Notes under the pieces: generated by a model
Databases searched by the model: none
The model's input: the letters and a program-made list of their open reading frames with translations, nothing else
Told to the model about the DNA's origin: nothing
DNA from: a bacterium
GTDB lineage: Bacteria; Patescibacteriota; Minisyncoccia; UBA6257; GWB1-50-10
Assembly: GCA_021801565.1 (NCBI GenBank)
Contig: JAJYXV010000003.1
Coordinates: 132,894-196,893, forward strand
Length of the DNA stretch: 64,000 nt
Direction: 5' to 3'
Position numbers and translations under genes: made by a program
Shown here: piece after piece, positions 38,563 to 47,243 of the stretch
Numbering within the stretch: the first letter of the stretch is position 1
Layout: every line of letters starts with the position of its first letter

Positions 38563-38794
38563 TAAAATTGCAAAGAGTGCCCCGGATAGTCTAAAACTTC
38601 TTTGGTTAAAAGGTTTTTTTAAGTCGTGGAAAAATTATGGCCAAATTGTCAAAAATTTATCCGGTCAAGGATATAACTTTTCAATGCCAGAATTAGGCAT
38701 GGCGTTAAAACGTGCAAAGCATCTTACTAGGAGAGGTAAAAGAACCGGCTATGAGTATATTCAAAAGTATCCCTTTACCTCAGATGAAAAATAA
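38546..38794 (+). CDS. island paralogous-family protein 3
   Basis: LLWLKGFFKSWKNYGQIVKNLSGQGYNFSMPELGMALKRAKHLTRRG is present. The start is chosen at the ATG overlapping the upstream stop. Confidence 0.45.
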   Translation: MQKENNKIAKSAPDSLKLLWLKGFFKSWKNYGQIVKNLSGQGYNFSMPELGMALKRAKHLTRRGKRTGYEYIQKYPFTSDEK

Positions 38795-39473
38795 GAACTC
38801 AATTTCACTACCAGAATTATTGAAAGTCCTTTGGCAGGAAGGATTCTTTTCAGATGAAAAAGAGCTTTCAGAGATATCTGGAGGTTTTGCTGCAAAAGGT
38901 TATCATTTTAAATCTTCAAGTCTCAGTGTGGCCCTTATACGCGCAGTCAAATCAAGTGGGTTTTTGAATAGGATAAAAGAGTCTGGTAAATGGAAATATA
39001 TTCAGAAACATCCAATAACATCGCCATCTGGGCAACGCATTGCTTTGTTCGAAAGATACGACTTGCATCCCAAAGTAAAAGAGGTTGCCTTCAAACAGTT
39101 TGAAGATGGGTATTTTAAAGAAGCAATTCAGAATGCGCTTGTCGAAGTTATTGAGCAAGTAAAAATCAAAGCAAAAAGACCTAAAAATGCAAATGGACAT
39201 GATCTCGATGGAGATGACCTAATGAACCAGGTTTTTGGTTGCGATAATCAACATCCTAAAATTAAATTTAATAATTTAAAAACAAGTCTTGATAAAGCAG
39301 AACAAAGAGGGCTAATGAATTTATTCAAGGGAATCGTCGGAATTAGAGACAAAAAAGCCCATCTTAATTTTATACAAAAAGATCATCTTAAAACTATTGA
39401 ATATTTATCTCTCGCTAGTTTATTAATGCGGCTTTTAGATGAATTTGCCTTAACTCGCAGGAAAGATAAATAA
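38784..39473 (+). CDS. island paralogous-family protein 4 with a C-terminal TIGR02391/Hypoth_Ymh (Abi_C-like) domain
   Basis: The N-terminus carries LLKVLWQEGFFSDEKELSEISGGFAAKGYHFKSSSLSVALIRAV. The C-terminus carries FEDGYFKEAIQNALVEVIE...GHDLDGDDLMNQVFG...IKFNNLKTSLDKAEQRGLMNLFKGIVGIRDKKAHL...YLSLASLLMRLLDE. I recognise this from memory as the TIGR02391/Abi_C pattern. It has not been verified. Confidence 0.5.
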   Translation: MKNKNSISLPELLKVLWQEGFFSDEKELSEISGGFAAKGYHFKSSSLSVALIRAVKSSGFLNRIKESGKWKYIQKHPITSPSGQRIALFERYDLHPKVKEVAFKQFEDGYFKEAIQNALVEVIEQVKIKAKRPKNANGHDLDGDDLMNQVFGCDNQHPKIKFNNLKTSLDKAEQRGLMNLFKGIVGIRDKKAHLNFIQKDHLKTIEYLSLASLLMRLLDEFALTRRKDK

Positions 39474-39474
39474 T

Positions 39475-40215
39475 ATGGATTTTTCGAAAAATATAAGAGC
39501 ATTTTTAAGCAGTTTGCCGATAAAAGATTTGAGTGGCCACCAAATTTTTTTGGCAATAGCGACTTATTGTGCGAGCGGTGACACTTCTGATCAAGTTAAC
39601 ATTGCTGATGTACGCGATAGATGGCCAATGTCCTTATTAAGGAAAAAATATAATACAAATTTTTATACCCGAGCCCAAACGGAAGGATGGGTTGATCCAG
39701 TTGGGCAAGGGATTTTTATTATAAAAGATGAAGGATTACAACATCTCGAAGATTTAGTTGGATCTATCAATAAGAACATTGCTTCTTTAAACAATACTGG
39801 CCTTTTTATTTTTGATAAAAAAGATACCCACTCTTTTGATAAATTTTTGCGCACTATTTTTGCAAATGCCAAATCCAGAGTGCTTATAGCAGATTCTTGG
39901 GTTGATGAAACAATTTTTGACAATGTACTTGATAGTATTCCTAAAACACTTGATATCAACTTAATTTATGGCCAAAAGAAAGGAATATTTGATAGTCGTA
40001 TAGTCCGCTTTAAAAAACAATATTCAAAGTTTGTTGTTAAAAGATATAAAGATCTTCATGATAGATTTTTAATCGTTGATAATATGGGTTGCGTCATAGG
40101 CCCATCTTTAAAAAATGCTGCCGAGAAAAGTCCCGCCTTGATAGTTGTTCTGGACAAAAAGGATTCTTTGCTATTAATTAAATTTTTCCAAGTGTTATGG
40201 AAAAAGGCAAAGTAG
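39475..40215 (+). CDS. hypothetical protein with a degenerate PLD/HKD-like motif (HDRFLIVDNMGCVIGPSLKN)
   Basis: 246 aa, translationally coupled to the previous gene (TAATATG). A single HxR-x4-D-x6-G-x-S-x2-N motif lies near the C-terminus. The assignment is weak. Confidence 0.35.
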   Translation: MDFSKNIRAFLSSLPIKDLSGHQIFLAIATYCASGDTSDQVNIADVRDRWPMSLLRKKYNTNFYTRAQTEGWVDPVGQGIFIIKDEGLQHLEDLVGSINKNIASLNNTGLFIFDKKDTHSFDKFLRTIFANAKSRVLIADSWVDETIFDNVLDSIPKTLDINLIYGQKKGIFDSRIVRFKKQYSKFVVKRYKDLHDRFLIVDNMGCVIGPSLKNAAEKSPALIVVLDKKDSLLLIKFFQVLWKKAK

Positions 40216-40243
40216 ATTTTATTAAATAATTTTATTCACATCT

Positions 40244-41605
40244 TTAGCTGACCAATAATATCTCTTTCTCTTTTAGTAGAATTTTGTTTTTTATACAGTT
40301 CAGTAATTCACGCTTTTCTTCAATAGTTCCATGGCTTAAGACGTGATTTGAATACCGCTTTGCATCAAAGTCTTTTTCTAGTGATCCATCATTGTGGATA
40401 TTTAGAAATGATTTTTGGAATTTTGTCATTCGCTTATACTCTTCATCAAATTTCTTTTTGATGACGCCCTCATTCATCTCCAGCTCCCCAATAACTGCGA
40501 CCAATTGCTTGATTACTTCCTCTTCTCGGATATACCCTTCCTTACATTGAAGGTTTCGTGATCGATTGCAACCATAGTAGACATAGTGAGCCACATCGCC
40601 GTTGGCGAGTTTTTTATATTTATCTTCAGCGGTTACGCCTGATCCGCATCGCCCACAAGTCATTATTCGTGAAAATACGAATTGTTTATCTGTGTATTTA
40701 ATTTCCGATCGCTTTAATTTTTCTCGCGCTTTCTCAAACACTTCTCTTGTGATAAGAGGTGTATGTTGTCCCTTATACCAATTTCCACTACCCATCGGAT
40801 ATTCAAACGTTCCATAGAAAAAGGGTGTTTGCAGTAAGCGATAGATGTTACTCAGCGTGAGTGGTTTATTACTCGTTGCACTCCGAAAATTCATATCAAA
40901 TTTCAGCCAGTGATATATTTTTCTTCCGCTCCATCCTTCAAATGCAACTTTCTCAAACATCTGTTTTATAACTGGCGCTCGTTCGGGATCAACCATCACA
41001 TATCCTTTCCGATCAATTCGTTTTTCATTTAAATATCCTGTTGGAGCGGGTGCGGGCCATAATCCCATTTCACAGCGCATTCGCAATCCTCGTTTTACAT
41101 TTACGCTCTTGTTATCATTTTCCAGTTTTGCCTGTGAGCACAAAATCATTAGAAGAAACTTCTCATTCGGAGAATTTGTGAAATGCTGGCCGTATGTTTT
41201 TATCTCGAGCAGCAACTTCTGATCCATAAGATCAACAAGTGATCCCAAATCTCCAGCGTTTCTTGATAATCTATCCGGCGCCCATGTGAGTATCCCTGTA
41301 TATCGTCCGCTTCGAATATCTTTAACGATTTCGTTAAAAACTGGACGCTCGCCAGAATCTTTCGCCGAATGTGATTCTCTCCGAATATCCACAATCTCCA
41401 GTCCATCACGTTCGGCAAGCTGAAGCATCTCTTTAATCTGTGAATCAATAGAGAGAACTTGCCGCTCTTCACTCTCTGTCGATTTCCGAGCATAGAGACA
41501 GTATCTAACCTTTACTGGAAGCTCTGTGGATCTTTGAGCCTGAGCTCCTACCGACCCCACTGATTGTTGTGATGTATTCATACAACACAAGGGAGCCGGA
41601 ACCAT
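40244..41605 (-). CDS. large serine recombinase (phiC31-type integrase family)
   Basis: The N-terminal resolvase catalytic domain (YCLYARKSTESEERQVLSIDSQ ... RLSRNAGD) is followed by a recombinase domain and a zinc ribbon (CGRCGS...YYGCN). 453 aa. Confidence 0.85.
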   Translation of the reverse strand: MVPAPLCCMNTSQQSVGSVGAQAQRSTELPVKVRYCLYARKSTESEERQVLSIDSQIKEMLQLAERDGLEIVDIRRESHSAKDSGERPVFNEIVKDIRSGRYTGILTWAPDRLSRNAGDLGSLVDLMDQKLLLEIKTYGQHFTNSPNEKFLLMILCSQAKLENDNKSVNVKRGLRMRCEMGLWPAPAPTGYLNEKRIDRKGYVMVDPERAPVIKQMFEKVAFEGWSGRKIYHWLKFDMNFRSATSNKPLTLSNIYRLLQTPFFYGTFEYPMGSGNWYKGQHTPLITREVFEKAREKLKRSEIKYTDKQFVFSRIMTCGRCGSGVTAEDKYKKLANGDVAHYVYYGCNRSRNLQCKEGYIREEEVIKQLVAVIGELEMNEGVIKKKFDEEYKRMTKFQKSFLNIHNDGSLEKDFDAKRYSNHVLSHGTIEEKRELLNCIKNKILLKEKEILLVS

Positions 41606-41786
41606 TCAAACAAGTCCAGATGTATGAAGTGGATAACTTACTTTACTTCTTTCCTGAAATACGCGAGGAATACAAAATATGGAAATAAAGGTCGAAATGC
41701 GCTAAAATTTATTAACAATTGAATAGCCTTAATATACATAAGGCAGGATCTAAACCATCGGAGTAATTCGGTAGCATGATCTAAAA

Positions 41787-41830
41787 ACGTTTCACAGTAT
41801 TAAGCTCCTCGTCAGAGCACTGTGAAACGT
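41787..41830. promoter_or_regulatory. 12-bp perfect inverted repeat ACGTTTCACAGT-N20-ACTGTGAAACGT in the divergent promoter region between the recombinase and protease genes
   Basis: Arms at 41787-41798 and 41819-41830, reverse complement checked. Confidence 0.5.
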
Positions 41831-41847
41831 CATACAGGGAAACTTGT

Positions 41848-42915
41848 ATGGGTGGAGAAATCCATCGCTGGCGGGGAGCTTTATGTTTTCCGCCAGAACA
41901 GAATCACGATGCGAATATGAATTTAAAGAGTATAAAGATAAACTCAAAAATTTTTATAGCAGGTGGAATAATTGTTCTTATATTACTTGGCATATTGGGC
42001 ACATTTGTTGTGATTGATAAATTTAGAAGTTATCAAAGAGAACAATCAGAAAAAAATGCGCAAGCAACAGAAAATCTTGCTTTGCAACAAAAAACGCTTG
42101 ATGAAGCAAGACAGGAAATCGAGAAACTCAAATCAGAAAATAAAAATATTGACCAAAAAATAGAGCAGAAATCAAATGAATTAAGCCGAGTAGTTGCCAA
42201 AGCAGTGCAGAATAATTCACAGCAGGGATCAGTGGAATCTACGATCCAGGCAAGTGAGATAAATCAGTACCTATCTGGCGTTGGAGAAATTATATGTTAT
42301 GGCGATGTACAGAAAAGTGGGAGCGCTTCGCTTTGGAAGTTTGGTAATGATGGCTATGTTTTAACGAACTACCATGTAATATCAGGTCCAGGAAATTGCA
42401 ATCTAACTATTGATGGTAATGGCGTGTATAAACTTGATAAAACGAGTGTCCGATCATGGAATTCCGCGACCGATGTTGCGGTGGTGAAAATAGCTCCCTT
42501 TGGAGAAATGGCAGATATTTCATCTCCAATATCAGAGTTGAATTACAGCATTTCATATTTAAAGGAGTGTCCGGCAAAAATGCCACTTGGTTCTCCAGTT
42601 ATAGCTATAGGATTTCCGGCATATTCCAGAACCACAACCATGATTAATGGAGTGGCGAGCAGCCACTCTCAACGGACAATTACAAATGGCATTATCAGTG
42701 CGTACGATGATTCGGTTCAAATGCCAATAGGTAGTTTACCTAACGTAAATTATTTTGTTTCAGCAAAAATAGATAGTGGTAACTCCGGAGGTATTACTTT
42801 TTCTAAAAATGAAAACGGTCTTTGTCTTTTGGGCATCCCAACATGGTTATCACTTGGAAAATTTGAAGCAGGAGGTCTCATACAGAATATTTTTAATGTT
42901 TTATACGAGAAATGA
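41848..42915 (+). CDS. membrane-anchored trypsin-like (S1 family) serine protease with a coiled-coil linker
   Basis: A TM helix and a coiled coil are followed by the catalytic His (LTNYHVISG), Asp (DVAVVKIA) and Ser (GNSGGITF). The likely true start is MNLKSIK (41917). Confidence 0.6.
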   Translation: MGGEIHRWRGALCFPPEQNHDANMNLKSIKINSKIFIAGGIIVLILLGILGTFVVIDKFRSYQREQSEKNAQATENLALQQKTLDEARQEIEKLKSENKNIDQKIEQKSNELSRVVAKAVQNNSQQGSVESTIQASEINQYLSGVGEIICYGDVQKSGSASLWKFGNDGYVLTNYHVISGPGNCNLTIDGNGVYKLDKTSVRSWNSATDVAVVKIAPFGEMADISSPISELNYSISYLKECPAKMPLGSPVIAIGFPAYSRTTTMINGVASSHSQRTITNGIISAYDDSVQMPIGSLPNVNYFVSAKIDSGNSGGITFSKNENGLCLLGIPTWLSLGKFEAGGLIQNIFNVLYEK

Positions 42916-43229
42916 AAAATACTCAAGACTACAAAACTATAGCGGGCGCATGGAAGATTGCTCAAGAATTTGCCGATGCAGAAGCAAAAAATGCAGAATC
43001 TTTTTATTCACTCAATAATACCTTGCCATACAAAAAAGATATTATCGCGTTAGCACTATTAAATCTCCTCACCTCGAATGATTTTAGAAATGAGCTGTTG
43101 TGCAAAGGAGAAGGGGGCGAAAAAATTCTGCAAACAATATCAAGTCTTATGTTCAGCTTAGCTACTGCATATTTTCCAGACGAAACGGAGTATCGAGAAC
43201 TAATCGAGACAAAAAAATTAATGGACTAA
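42912..43229 (+). CDS. hypothetical protein
   Basis: 105-aa ORF. Confidence 0.3.
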   Translation: MKNTQDYKTIAGAWKIAQEFADAEAKNAESFYSLNNTLPYKKDIIALALLNLLTSNDFRNELLCKGEGGEKILQTISSLMFSLATAYFPDETEYRELIETKKLMD

Positions 43230-44308
43230 GATCTTTTCCTACTTGATGACTCAAGCATTTTTCTAACGGCGGCACCCAAAAGATCTTCGTTTACAATGGG
43301 AACATCAATACAATATCCAGCCATGAAGGGCGAAGTCGGTTCTAATCTTTTGCAGGGACATGGTATTTTTTCTTTTGCGGGAAATTGAGCTATCAATTCT
43401 TTATCACACTCCCTAAGATTGTATCGGAAGGTACCCATATGTAATAGATACTCTTGTCGCCAGACATAATCATCAAGTTTTTCCTGTAGAGTTTTAATAC
43501 TTTCCGGAGTTGAAAATTTTTCTGGCCATAAAATCTTTTCGTGTTTATCGAGCAGAGGGTATGCTCTGAAGGCTCCCTTTAATCTTCCTTTTTCTATATT
43601 TTCTTTTATGTTCATCATAAAAGAATTGGCATGAACAAGATTTCCAACGATCATAATTTTTGTGTTTTCATCGCCGATAGGTAAAATTTCAGATTGGAAC
43701 CATTGATATGTCTCATCTCTTTCGCGTAGGCTAATAGATTTCGCATCTTCAATATCATCAATGATAATTAAATCGGGGCGATGTTGGCCATGTTTAATCC
43801 CTCTAATGCTTTGTCCACTTGAAATAGCAATAATACGAGCTCCCACCAAAGGAAGTTCAATACTCAATGCTCCCCATTCACTTTTATTGTCGATCTTGAA
43901 AGGACCAAGGTCGCCTCGTAATAATTTATTATTTTCCAGTTCATGACATATGTGAGAAAGAAGCGTTTTCACCTGTTGTTGGCTTTTGCTTATCATTACC
44001 ACGCATTTCTTTTGCTGTATTCCTAAGATTGCCCATAACACATAAGAAAGGCTTATAATGGTTGATTTACCTCCGCCTCTGAAGGCCATAATCGCAATAA
44101 CGTTATAGACAGTATCTTCAGTCAATAAAAACATCTCCTTTTGGAATGGAGCAAACTTATAACCAAAATGGTGGTTCAAAAATATGAGAGAAAACCACAC
44201 ATGACTCCTAAAAACGAGATGCCGGCGAACCGCTTTGTCGGTAATGATCTTATCTCTCATTTTTTCAATTTCTGTTTGATTCGAGTTTTTTGAATAGGTT
44301 GAATTCAT
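43226..44308 (-). CDS. phage terminase large subunit-like protein (ATPase domain; short)
   Basis: Walker A (AFRGGGKST) and Walker B (PDLIIIDDIEDA) in terminase-like spacing. It is translationally coupled to the upstream small-subunit-like gene. Confidence 0.6.
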   Translation of the reverse strand: MNSTYSKNSNQTEIEKMRDKIITDKAVRRHLVFRSHVWFSLIFLNHHFGYKFAPFQKEMFLLTEDTVYNVIAIMAFRGGGKSTIISLSYVLWAILGIQQKKCVVMISKSQQQVKTLLSHICHELENNKLLRGDLGPFKIDNKSEWGALSIELPLVGARIIAISSGQSIRGIKHGQHRPDLIIIDDIEDAKSISLRERDETYQWFQSEILPIGDENTKIMIVGNLVHANSFMMNIKENIEKGRLKGAFRAYPLLDKHEKILWPEKFSTPESIKTLQEKLDDYVWRQEYLLHMGTFRYNLRECDKELIAQFPAKEKIPCPCKRLEPTSPFMAGYCIDVPIVNEDLLGAAVRKMLESSSRKRS

Positions 44309-44706
44309 TTTGGAGAAAATAATTGAATTGCCCTTTCCACAGTCTCCCTTTGCTCTTGGACAAGTTCTTCTTCGACGATGGGTTTTGTGGCAATCTCAAC
44401 TCGTAATGCATATTTCGGATGGTGATGGCGAAGCCATAAGTGGATCGCTGAAAAGTTTTTATCTTTAATCATTGAGATGAGTTGTGCTTCGCTTAGATCA
44501 TTTATCGATTCTTCACCCTCTTCGATCGCTTTATCTATGGCAGAAGCAAATTCTTTATCCTCGATTTTCCATCGATAAAAACTAGCCCTGCTTATTCCTG
44601 CCTTAAGGCATGCAACTTGAATAATCGGAAATTTCTTCAACTGTTCAAGCAAACTTTCTTTTTCTTTTTGTTGACGTTCTTTAATTGTATCGTTATCGTT
44701 TTCCAT
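44305..44706 (-). CDS. phage terminase small subunit-like protein (HTH)
   Basis: The HTH VACLKAGISRASFYRWKIEDKEF is present. The gene sits directly upstream of the TerL-like gene. Confidence 0.5.
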   Translation of the reverse strand: MENDNDTIKERQQKEKESLLEQLKKFPIIQVACLKAGISRASFYRWKIEDKEFASAIDKAIEEGEESINDLSEAQLISMIKDKNFSAIHLWLRHHHPKYALRVEIATKPIVEEELVQEQRETVERAIQLFSPK

Positions 44707-45006
44707 ACTATTTTTATTATTACTTTTTACTCTTCGCCTTGATTGTCACCTTTATAAAAATAAAAAAGGCGTGCCAAAAGAGCTCCGCCTTTTTCTATGA
44801 TTGAAATTGTAATGTTGTAGTCAAAAGACTACACTGCCATTCTACATCTTTTCATAAAAATTTAACATGGTAGAATTGTGAATAACTTTTATATTAATAT
44901 AAATAAGACATTATAGTGTCTCATTTGAATATGGCTTTTCTATGTCTCAATTGTCTCATTTACGAAAAAGCTCCGTCAGACCAGCGGAGCTTTTTATTGC
45001 TATATT

Positions 45007-45246
45007 CTAGCCCTTATATTTTTCTGGATCTTCGCCGTAAGTGTATTCTCTCTCGATTACATTTTTCTTATTATGGATCTTAATCTGACCAAGATTGCAA
45101 TTTTCAAGAATATCTCTTGCGGCCTGGATTGCGTCAAGTTTATTCTGCACTACGACGGCAGCGCGTTGCGTTCCCTCGCGCTTAGCTGCCCATTCAATTC
45201 CATTTTCGGTAAATCGGGGCGTAATGTGGTAAACTACTCTTTTCAT
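45007..45246 (-). CDS. hypothetical protein
   Basis: 79-aa ORF. Confidence 0.3.
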   Translation of the reverse strand: MKRVVYHITPRFTENGIEWAAKREGTQRAAVVVQNKLDAIQAARDILENCNLGQIKIHNKKNVIEREYTYGEDPEKYKG

Positions 45247-45812
45247 GTGCTATACTGTTATTGCATGTAACACGACCTTTGGTCGTAAACGAAAAACCGG
45301 AGCCGTTATCATCGGTTCCGGTTTTTCTAATATTAGTTGTGTATTTGAAGAATCGGAGGAAGGTTAGGTCTTGGTCGCAAAAATTGTGCTTTGAGGTAAC
45401 CTCCGATGATAGGGTCTGACTAGTTCTGACTTTTCAATTTACTCTTACATTATAGCGCATTTTTCGAAAATTTTCAATCTTTGATCCGACATAAGCCAAG
45501 ACCTAGAGGGGTCAGAAAAATGCTAGAACGCAACGCAAAAAAGCCTTATACTGATTGAAGAGTTGTGGCACTAGACCACACAACACAGCATATGCAAAGC
45601 CGCTTGCCTTTTTAGGTGAGCGGCTTTGCATTATATTGTTGGTCTGGATTCGAACGGGAAAAGGGTTGGGAAAACGGAAGTTTTCCTGTGGTGGAGGTAC
45701 TGGAACCGCAAGGTGTCAGAAAATTTTGAGAATACAAAATTTTGTTTGATTGCCAGGTCCCGCAGCACTTCGGCAAGCTCAGTGCAAGCACATCTGAGAG
45801 GTATAATAAAAA

Positions 45813-46102
45813 CATGTGGTATATATGCATGCTTTTTTGTGATCAGAAGACTTTTTACGTCGGGATAACTGATGATCCGAAAAAGAGATTAGTAGAACAT
45901 CGAAGGGGGTGCTCATTTTATACAAAAAAGTTTTCTGATCTAGAGTTCATATTATTGTGAACAATATTCGAGTAAGCATGAAGCTGCCTTGCGGGAAAGA
46001 CAAATCAAGGGATGGGCGAGAGCAAAGAAGCAGATGTTATTAGATGGTAAGCTTGGGTATAATATTTGTACTGAGATTGTCGAAGCTCTTCGGAATGGAT
46101 GA
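45813..46102 (+). pseudogene. GIY-YIG nuclease family gene (COG2827-like), copy 3, frameshifted
   Basis: The N-terminal part MWYICMLFCDQKTFYVGITDDPKKRLVEHRRG is in frame 0 and stops at 45960. The C-terminal part HEAALRERQIKGWARAKKQMLLDGKLGYN continues in frame 2 to the TGA at 46100. Confidence 0.55.
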
Positions 46103-46138
46103 CTTGCCCTGAGTATACCGAAGGGAATCCCTGTCCGG

Positions 46139-46178
46139 CAGCACGAGTCGGTGCAGTATCGAGTGAGAATGGAGAGCG
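46139..46178 (+). repeat. 40-bp direct repeat copy A (CAGCACGAGTCGGTGCAGTATCGAGTGAGAATGGAGAGCG)
   Basis: Identical to 47101-47140. It is related (21/26) to the sequence immediately 3' of tRNA-Gln (37661-37686). Confidence 0.85.
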
Positions 46179-46275
46179 TCATTGTAAGCGACTCTCGTCT
46201 CGTGGTTCAAGGCAACCAAGACCCATACCCTTTTCCTAGAAATCGAACTAAAATTAAAAATTATATTTAGGAATT

Positions 46276-47058
46276 ATGAATTTAGCCGTTTTATTTTGGT
46301 TTTATAAAGAGCCAGAAGTTTGCGAAAACAGATTACAGCTTATTAAGAAATATAATTCTAATCTAAAAATTTATGGACTTTTTGGTGGCGAGCTCTCGGA
46401 TACTGAAATATATAAAGAAAAACTAGGAAGATATTTGGATGATTTTTATGTGTTTGATTCAAATAAAAATGTTGACTGGAAATGGATTAATGGTGATTTG
46501 ATGATTTTGGATTGGTATAACGAAAAGGGCAGAAATTTAAACTGGGATAGTATTGTCGTCGTCCAATGGGATATGCTTATTTTTGACTCTTTATTAGATC
46601 AATTTTCTGGAATAAATAAGAACCAAATTTATCTGTCTGGATTAAGGAACTTGGATAAAGAAATTGAAAACGAATGGGATTGGACGAAACCGGGTGAAAA
46701 AGAAAGGCAAAATTATCTAAATTTTCTGAAGTATGTAAAAAAGAATTACGGATATGCAGACGATCCACCTCTTTGCAGCTTGTTTATTCTTCAGGTTTTT
46801 CCAAAAATATTTTTTGAAAAATATCTGACGGTAAAAAATAAGGAAATTGGCATGCTTGAATATAAAATTCCAATTTATGCCAAAATATTCAGAATTCCAT
46901 TTTATAAAAAAGATTTGGGTACCCGATGGAACGATGATCCAAAACCTCTAAATGCAATACCGGAAGAAATTTCGAGTGACTACATTAAAGAGGAACTTAT
47001 CAAAAAAGACGGTTGGAGAATTTTCCATCCTTATTATAAAATTTGGCTAAATTTCTAA
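46276..47058 (+). CDS. hypothetical protein (Trp/Tyr/Lys-rich), single-gene cassette between 40-bp direct repeats
   Basis: 260-aa ORF. No motif recognised. Confidence 0.4.
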   Translation: MNLAVLFWFYKEPEVCENRLQLIKKYNSNLKIYGLFGGELSDTEIYKEKLGRYLDDFYVFDSNKNVDWKWINGDLMILDWYNEKGRNLNWDSIVVVQWDMLIFDSLLDQFSGINKNQIYLSGLRNLDKEIENEWDWTKPGEKERQNYLNFLKYVKKNYGYADDPPLCSLFILQVFPKIFFEKYLTVKNKEIGMLEYKIPIYAKIFRIPFYKKDLGTRWNDDPKPLNAIPEEISSDYIKEELIKKDGWRIFHPYYKIWLNF

Positions 47059-47100
47059 GCGGGGTTTGAACCTACCACGGGTTTTAACTCGAGAGTCGGC

Positions 47101-47140
47101 CAGCACGAGTCGGTGCAGTATCGAGTGAGAATGGAGAGCG
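47101..47140 (+). repeat. 40-bp direct repeat copy B
   Basis: Identical to 46139-46178. Confidence 0.85.
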
Positions 47141-47243
47141 AAGTTTTGAGCCAGGGCTCTCTTATTATCAGCTCTAAACGTTTGAGATCTATAACCTTTC
47201 TTGGATAAACAAAAACCACTCAAGTGATAAGTACTTAAGTGGT

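Larger units (their letters stand above)
37651..45768. mobile_element. integrated genomic island at the tRNA-Gln 3' end bounded by a 16-bp direct repeat (CCAGGTCCCGCAGCAC); carries a large serine recombinase and terminase small and large subunits (satellite or degraded prophage)
   Basis: The 16-mer is identical at 37651-37666 (last 12 nt of tRNA-Gln plus 4 nt) and at 45753-45768. Mobile-element genes lie between the two copies. Confidence 0.6.

Noticed and set aside
39475-40215. Confident PLD-family nuclease call for the last gene of the paralog block.
   Set aside because: Only one degenerate HxR-type motif is present and the spacing deviates from canonical HxK-x4-D-x6-GSxN. It is kept as a low-confidence note only.
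45250-45752. Several short ORFs (45555-45749, 45612-45830, 45626-45868) and hairpins in the 500-bp gap before the attR repeat.
   Set aside because: They overlap one another in different frames, have no RBS or motif support, and sit in junction DNA full of hairpins. They are more likely non-coding, possibly sRNA or att arm sequence.
45952-46182. Minus-strand 76-aa ORF.
   Set aside because: It overlaps the C-terminal half of the frameshifted GIY-YIG gene and repeat A.
47060-47080. Possible tRNA T-arm fragment (reverse complement ggttcaaaccccgc) just before 40-bp repeat B.
   Set aside because: There is no matching acceptor or anticodon context and no match to any of the four tRNAs in the window.
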